NCBI GenBank assembly: GCA_965552055.1 | Contig: CBEVQO010000003.1 | Coordinates: 64,001 to 128,000 of the forward strand | Length of the DNA stretch: 64,000 bases | Reading direction: 5' to 3' | Source: an uncultured bacterium | GTDB taxonomy: Bacteria > Hydrothermota > UBA3073 > NMUJ01 > CBEVQO01 | In this document: positions 58,329 to 64,000 of the stretch, in pieces | Layout: each line of letters starts with the position of its first letter | How positions within the stretch are numbered: position 1 is the first letter of the stretch | The notes under the pieces: model-generated | The model's database searches: none | What the model saw: the letters and a program-made list of their open reading frames with translations, nothing else | What the model was told of the DNA's origin: nothing | Made by a program: the position numbers and the translations under genes

Positions 58329-61100
58329 ATGAACCGCTATCGCATCGAAATAAAAAGTAAATCACAGTCAGAAGCACAAATTTTAAAAGAAAATATTAAA
58401 TTACTGGGGATAGATGCAAAAGAAGTTCAGATAACTTATTGCTATTATTTATTTGGGGATATAGAAAAAAGTGATGCAGAATTCATCGCCGATAAAATTT
58501 TGAGAGACAAAGTTGATGAAGAATTTAAAATAAATGAAAAATTTCCTTTTAGCGGATTTGAGGTAGAAATCGCTTACAAACCCGCAGTAAAAGACCCCAC
58601 AGCGGAAAGCACAGAATACATATTATCGGAATTCGGATATAATGTAAAGGTTAGAAGGACAAAAAGATATTGCATAAAAGGAATAACAGAAAAGGAATTT
58701 ACAGAAATAAAAAAGAGATTGCTTTATAACGACCTTATTGAAGAAGAAGTAAAAGATGTGCAAATCTTAACTCCACCCGATTATAAATTTGAACTTATAC
58801 AAATACCACTACTTGAATGCAAAGATTTAAAGGATTTAAGCGAAAAAATGGCACTATTCTTATCGGAAAAAGAGATGAAAGTTATACAGGATTATTTCAG
58901 GGAAAAAGGCAGGAATCCCACCGATGCAGAACTCGAGACATTCGGAGCTATATGGTCGGAACATTGCTCTCACAAAACATTAAAAGCAAGGGTTAAATAT
59001 GGTGATAAGAAATTTGAAAATTTATTACGGGATACAATAATGAAGGCAACAGAAGAACTTAAAAAAGATTATATTCTTTCTGCATTTTCAGATAATGCAG
59101 GTGTTTATGAGTTTGATGAAAAATGGGGAATTGCTTTCAAAGTAGAGACACACAATCATCCTTCTGCTCTTGAGCCTTATGGAGGTGCATCAACAGGTAT
59201 CGGTGGTGTTATAAGGGATGTGCTCGGATGTGGACTCGGTGCTACACCAATTGCAAATACAGATGTATTTTGCTTTGCTCCGCCTGACATATCTTATTCT
59301 GAATTGCCTCAAGGTGTGCTCCATCCTTTGAGGATAGCAAAAGGCGTTGTAGCAGGTGTGCGTGATTATGGAAACAAAATGGGCATACCCACTGTAAATG
59401 GTGCGGTTATTTATGATAAAAGGTATATAGGAAATCCTGTTGTATATTGCGGATGTATAGGGCTTATCCCAAAGGATAAAATTAAGAAAAAGACAAACCC
59501 AGGTGATTACATCGTGCTTGTAGGGGGACTTACGGGCAAAGATGGCATACATGGTGCTACATTCTCATCAACAGGTTTAACATCTGAATCACAGGACAAA
59601 TTCATAGCAGCAGTCCAAATCGGTGACCCCATTACAGAGAAGCGTTTGCGGGATGCACTCATTGAAGCGCGCGACAAAAATCTATACACAAATATTACAG
59701 ATTGCGGAGCAGGGGGGATATGTGTTGCTGTTACAGAGATGGCAAGGGATACAGGTGCAGAAGTGCAGCTCAATAAAGTCCCATTAAAATACAAAGGATT
59801 AACTTATAGGGAAATATGGGTGTCAGAATCTCAGGAAAGAATGATATTGGGATGTCCACCTCAAAACCTCCAAAAATTGAAAGAAATATTTGAAAAATAT
59901 GGAGTAAAAGCCACGCCAATAGGCAGATTCAGGAATGACAAAAGATTAATTGTAAAATATGAGGATAAAGTTGTTGTGGATATGGATGTAGATTTTATTT
60001 TCAAAAAGCAACCAAAATTTGAGTTTGAATTTGAAGAAAGAAAAATTGAAGAAAAAGAGGTTGATTTACCGGAATTCGATGTTAAAGAAGTTTTACTAAA
60101 AGTGTTATCGGATTATAATATTCGCAGTAAGGGCTGGATAGTCCATCAGTATGACCACGAGGTTCAGGGTGGCACGGTAATAAAGCCATTGCTCGGTGAT
60201 GCAGCAGTTATAAAGCCACTTCTTAATGTAGATAAAGGAATAGCTATAGGTTGTGGCATAAATCCCTTTTATTCCCGCAATCCCTATCGTATGGCATTTT
60301 GCTGTGTAGAGGAAGCAATTCGCAATGTTGTGGCTGTGGGAGGCGACCCCCAAAAAGTTGCACTGCTCGACAATTTCAGCTGGGGCAAACCCGAAGGCGA
60401 AAAAATGCAGGCGATAATAGAGGTATGCATGGCACTTTATGATACATCAAAAGAATTTTCTGCTCCATTTTTCGCAGGAAAAGATAGTTTAAATAATGAG
60501 TTCGAAGTAGATGGCAAAAGAATATCCATTCCACATACATTGCTCATATCTGCGATAACCATTGTGCCGGATGTCAAAAAAGCAGTAGATTGTATATTTA
60601 AAAAAGAAGGAAATCCAATATATTTACTTGGGATAACGAGGGATGAATTGGGAGGCTCTGTTCTTCACAGGATACTCGGAATAGATGAAGGCGTAACTCC
60701 CTGTGTCTATCCATCGGAATCAAAGAAAATTTTCCAAAGTTTACATTGTGCCATCAAAGAAGGTTTAGTTTTATCGTGTCATGATTTATCGGATGGTGGG
60801 CTGGCAGTTGCTCTATGTGAGATGTGTATCTGTGGCTGGCATCAACATATAAAACCACTTGGTGCGAAAATAGATTTGTGGAGTATACTCGTAGATGGAA
60901 ATTTAACCTTTGAAAAAATTTTATTTTCAGAGTCACAGGGACGCTTTCTTGTAGAGGTTGATAGAGATAAAGAAAAAGAGTTCCTCGATATAATGTCAGG
61001 AGTTCCGCTTTCACGGATAGGAGTTGTAACATCAAAAGATTATGTTGAAATAGGTGAATTAAAGATTTCTCTTTCAGAATTAATAAGAAGTTATTTTTAG
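58329..61100 (+). CDS. purL: Phosphoribosylformylglycinamidine synthase subunit PurL with N-terminal PurS-like domains
   Basis: WSEHCSHK, KVETHNHPSALEPYGGA.TG.GG..RD, DCGAGG, SESQERM, QYDHEVQ, GKDSL.N and HDLSDGGL. Confidence 0.96.
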   Translation: MNRYRIEIKSKSQSEAQILKENIKLLGIDAKEVQITYCYYLFGDIEKSDAEFIADKILRDKVDEEFKINEKFPFSGFEVEIAYKPAVKDPTAESTEYILSEFGYNVKVRRTKRYCIKGITEKEFTEIKKRLLYNDLIEEEVKDVQILTPPDYKFELIQIPLLECKDLKDLSEKMALFLSEKEMKVIQDYFREKGRNPTDAELETFGAIWSEHCSHKTLKARVKYGDKKFENLLRDTIMKATEELKKDYILSAFSDNAGVYEFDEKWGIAFKVETHNHPSALEPYGGASTGIGGVIRDVLGCGLGATPIANTDVFCFAPPDISYSELPQGVLHPLRIAKGVVAGVRDYGNKMGIPTVNGAVIYDKRYIGNPVVYCGCIGLIPKDKIKKKTNPGDYIVLVGGLTGKDGIHGATFSSTGLTSESQDKFIAAVQIGDPITEKRLRDALIEARDKNLYTNITDCGAGGICVAVTEMARDTGAEVQLNKVPLKYKGLTYREIWVSESQERMILGCPPQNLQKLKEIFEKYGVKATPIGRFRNDKRLIVKYEDKVVVDMDVDFIFKKQPKFEFEFEERKIEEKEVDLPEFDVKEVLLKVLSDYNIRSKGWIVHQYDHEVQGGTVIKPLLGDAAVIKPLLNVDKGIAIGCGINPFYSRNPYRMAFCCVEEAIRNVVAVGGDPQKVALLDNFSWGKPEGEKMQAIIEVCMALYDTSKEFSAPFFAGKDSLNNEFEVDGKRISIPHTLLISAITIVPDVKKAVDCIFKKEGNPIYLLGITRDELGGSVLHRILGIDEGVTPCVYPSESKKIFQSLHCAIKEGLVLSCHDLSDGGLAVALCEMCICGWHQHIKPLGAKIDLWSILVDGNLTFEKILFSESQGRFLVEVDRDKEKEFLDIMSGVPLSRIGVVTSKDYVEIGELKISLSELIRSYF

Positions 61101-61419
61101 CCCCGCCTCCCTGTCCCCACCGCCCTCGTGCACACCCCTCGCTACCGGGGCACAGCCTTAACCGCACTACCGCTCTTTAAATGCCCTCCCCGTAATAAGT
61201 CAAGTTCGCAACCAAAACCCCAATCACATCAAAAACTGCACTACCGCACTCTATAACCTCTCACCATAATGAATGTAGTATCGCACCTAAAACCGGCTCC
61301 CGCTTTCATTGCCACTACCCTTAAAAATCTCCCTTTCTGCTCCCCAAATGTAGTTCAGCTCTCACCGCTCGGGGTGTTGGCTCACAACCCATATGTAATT
61401 GGCTCGCTTACGCTCGCAT
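61097..61419 (-). repeat. Full copy (C) of the dispersed G-rich element, inverted relative to copy B
   Basis: Reverse complement matches 42293-42616; its terminal TTAG contains the purL stop codon. Confidence 0.92.
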
Positions 61420-61453
61420 TAAAAATTTAAAAATTTAACGCTTCTAAATTGTG

Positions 61454-61522
61454 GTTCTGCTCTCACCGCTCGAGGTATTGACTTACAGCCCATATGAAAT
61501 TTGCTCGGCTTCGCCTCGCAAT
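61454..61522 (-). repeat. Partial copy (D): head ~70 bp of the same element
   Basis: Reverse complement TTGCGAGGCGAAGCCGAGCAAATTTCATATGGGCTGTAAGTCAATACCTCGAGCGGTGAGAGCAGAAC matches the 5' end of copies B and C. Confidence 0.8.
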
Positions 61523-61932
61523 CAAATCTTCACTTAGCCGTGATATGAGAGCCTGCTCCATTTACTGAATAACGCAGCCAAGTTATAAACACCGATGCAC
61601 CATCATATGTACCTTATCCCAAGTTCAACTCAAATTTCCCTAAAAAAATTCTTGACAAACTCATATTTTAAATTATAAATTGTAATATGAAGCCAGCCCT
61701 ATTGGAAAGGGCTGACAGTACTAAGGAGATGGGAAAGAGGCAGAAATCACATCTTATTTTGAACCACCTACCCGAAAATGAGGAAAGAATGATGAATGAA
61801 GGAAATGAGTTTATATATCCTCTCAAACTGTGAAAATATGAATTTCGCACATATCAAATTGTCCGAAATTTGGCTCGGCGACTTTAAAAATTTGAGAATG
61901 AAAATAATTAATGAGAAGTGGGCAAAAATATC

Positions 61933-64000
61933 ATGTGGAACGAAGCAGAAACAAGAGCTAAACTAATAGATCCAAAATTGCATGAATCTGGTTGGTCAGA
62001 AGATTTAATCCAGCGTGAGTTAAAAATAACTGAAGGTAGAATTATAGATGAATATGGAAATAGAAAAGAAGGAGTAAAACCTGATTATATTCTATTTTTA
62101 GAGAGGTATTTTCCGATAGCTGTTGTAGAAGCAAAGGAAGAAGCAAAACATCATGTGGCAGGAATTCAACAAGCAAAAAGATATGCAGAAATGCTTAATG
62201 TTCCATTCGCGTACTCAACAAATGGACACAAGATCGAGGAATATGATTTCATAACCAAAAAGCAAAGAACTCTTGATAAATTTCCATCTCCGCAAGAATT
62301 ATGGAAAAGATATTCATTATGGAAGTTTAATAAACTCCTACCTTTTAATAAAGATGAAAATCCTCTTTTGTATCCGTATAAAATTGTCCAAAACAAAATT
62401 CCAAGATATTATCAGATTGCTGCAGTAAGGAATATCATAGAGGCCTTTCTTAACGGAAAAAAACGTATTTTATTGACTATGGCAACTGGAACAGGTAAAA
62501 CTTATGTTGCTTTTCAGGTAGCATGGAAACTTTACAACACTAAGAAAATCAGAAGGATTCTATATATTGCAGACAGAATAATGCTGAGGGATCAAGCTTG
62601 TAATAAATTCTTTGAACCATTTGGAGGTGCAAGAGAGGTAATAAAAGAAGGGAAAGCACCTAAAATAAGAGATATTTATTTTGCTACATATCAAACACTA
62701 TATTCGGAGAAAAACGGAAAGAGACTTTATCAAGAATATTCCCCTGATTTCTTTGATATGGTAATTATTGATGAATGCCATAGATCTGGATACGGGAGAT
62801 GGAAAGAGATTCTCGATTATTTTAAAAATGCCATTCATTTTGGTATGACTGCCACACCTAAAAGAGATGATAACATAGATACTTATGCATATTTTGGCAC
62901 ACCTGTTTATGTTTACAGCTTGGGACAAGGTATAGAAGATGGATTCCTGTCTCCTTATAAGATTCATAAAATTTACATGAACATTGATAAGAAAGGAGGT
63001 ATATCCTTAACAGATGTGGCGAGTGAGGGAGGAATTATTGAAGCACCAGAGGAAACAGAAGTTAAAGAATTCTATTCTGTTGGTGAATTTGAGAGGATTA
63101 TAACTCTACCTGATAGAACAGAAGCGATGACTAAGAAGCTTGCTGAAATACTAAAAACTTATGGTCCAACAGAGAAAACAATTGTTTTTTGTGTAACAAA
63201 AGAACATGCTTTAGATGTTGTAAAAATTTTACAAAATGAGTTAGCTTCTGAAATTGCTTCAACTGGCGTAAGGGCCGATGATTTTGTAGTAAGGATTGTT
63301 GATGAGGAACCTAACGCTATAGAGCTTGCTGAGAAAATGGCAGATTCAGAATATCAAATACCTGCCATTGCTGTAACCGTGGATTTATTAAGTACAGGTG
63401 TTGATATGCCTCCTGTAAAAAACATTGTTTTCATGAAACCCATTGCGTCTAAGGTGTTATTTAAGCAGATAATAGGTAGAGGAAGTAGAATAAGCGAGGA
63501 TGCAAACAAATTTTTCTTCCGAATTATAGATTTTGTAGATGCTACTCGTCTTTTAGATCCTTGGGATTTGCCACCTGAAGAATACATACCAGATATTCCA
63601 GAAGGACCTTTCGATTACTTTATAAAAGGAAAAGTTGTAGATAGCGAAGACGGGACACCTATTCCAAATGCAAGGATAACAGCAAAGTTGGGAGTTAATA
63701 TGGTTAAACCAGCGAGAACAAATGAAAATGGAGAGTTCATTATTGATAGTTGTCCTCATTCACCAGTAAAGGTAAAAGTTGAGGCAAAAAACTACAAACT
63801 TAGAGAAGTAAGCGTAGACCCGATCCCTTTCAAGGATAAGATTGCTGTTGTAATTGAATTGAAGAAGAAAAAACCAAAGGAAGGTAAAGTAGTTGTTAAG
63901 GGTATCAATGTTTATATCGAAGAGGAGATATATGTTGAAGTTGAAGGCAAAAAACTCAATAAAGCAAGATATATTGAATATGCTAAAGAAAATGTGAGGA
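61933..64000 (+). CDS. hsdR: Type I restriction enzyme R subunit (EcoEI-like HsdR); runs off the window and is absent from the ORF track
   Basis: Own translation: MWNEAETRAKLIDP.L..SGW, PDY...VVEAK, RYYQ, MATGTGKT, DECHR, MTATP, LSTGVD and KQIIGRGSR. Confidence 0.92.
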   Translation, partial: MWNEAETRAKLIDPKLHESGWSEDLIQRELKITEGRIIDEYGNRKEGVKPDYILFLERYFPIAVVEAKEEAKHHVAGIQQAKRYAEMLNVPFAYSTNGHKIEEYDFITKKQRTLDKFPSPQELWKRYSLWKFNKLLPFNKDENPLLYPYKIVQNKIPRYYQIAAVRNIIEAFLNGKKRILLTMATGTGKTYVAFQVAWKLYNTKKIRRILYIADRIMLRDQACNKFFEPFGGAREVIKEGKAPKIRDIYFATYQTLYSEKNGKRLYQEYSPDFFDMVIIDECHRSGYGRWKEILDYFKNAIHFGMTATPKRDDNIDTYAYFGTPVYVYSLGQGIEDGFLSPYKIHKIYMNIDKKGGISLTDVASEGGIIEAPEETEVKEFYSVGEFERIITLPDRTEAMTKKLAEILKTYGPTEKTIVFCVTKEHALDVVKILQNELASEIASTGVRADDFVVRIVDEEPNAIELAEKMADSEYQIPAIAVTVDLLSTGVDMPPVKNIVFMKPIASKVLFKQIIGRGSRISEDANKFFFRIIDFVDATRLLDPWDLPPEEYIPDIPEGPFDYFIKGKVVDSEDGTPIPNARITAKLGVNMVKPARTNENGEFIIDSCPHSPVKVKVEAKNYKLREVSVDPIPFKDKIAVVIELKKKKPKEGKVVVKGINVYIEEEIYVEVEGKKLNKARYIEYAKENVR

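Noticed and set aside
60754..61167. 137-aa minus-strand ORF
   Set aside because: Antisense to purL and starts inside the repeat element; shadow ORF.
61097..61522. Integron attC cassette array
   Set aside because: No clear RYYYAAC...GTTRRRY boxes, no cassette ORFs between the copies, and no integrase in the window.
61652..61833. TTGACA-N16-TATAAA promoter and 48-aa ORF from 61687 upstream of hsdR
   Set aside because: Weak -10 box and no recognisable protein features; insufficient support.
372..63759. Numerous 60-156 aa ORFs antisense or out of frame within larger genes
   Set aside because: Fully overlap well-supported genes and lack motifs; expected shadow ORFs.

Overview
AT-rich bacterial chromosomal window. 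The lineage is probably a diderm, anaerobic, possibly thermophilic FCB-related candidate phylum (WOR-3-like). This is an inference from T9SS/FlgD-type C-terminal domains, FBP aldolase/phosphatase and GH57 enzymes. From left to right it holds: the end of a surface-polysaccharide cluster; an operon with a beta-decarboxylating dehydrogenase, an ICL/PEP-mutase-family lyase and LeuCD-type hydratase subunits; a secreted S15 hydrolase; gcvT and fbp; a ~26 kb alpha-glucan utilisation locus (ABC transporter, CBM48 proteins, putative beta-barrels, GH13, two GH57-type enzymes, phosphorylase); a beta-helix surface protein; hypF and a K+ channel; a defence island (type III RM whose res has an in-frame amber stop, with RloC-like and HEPN genes nested between mod and res, plus an AAA_21/TOPRIM pair); purL; and a partial type I hsdR. 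Four things stand out. (1) A dispersed ~325 bp non-coding, strand-asymmetric G-rich element with a conserved GA-mismatch mini-hairpin head, seen as 2 full, 1 divergent and 1 partial copy. (2) A consistent non-canonical promoter architecture, TTGACA-N15-TAAAAT-N5-ATG, mostly leaderless. (3) A SusC/D-independent glucan capture locus. (4) An HsdR with an inserted carboxypeptidase-regulatory-like domain. All calls are by eye, without database searches.
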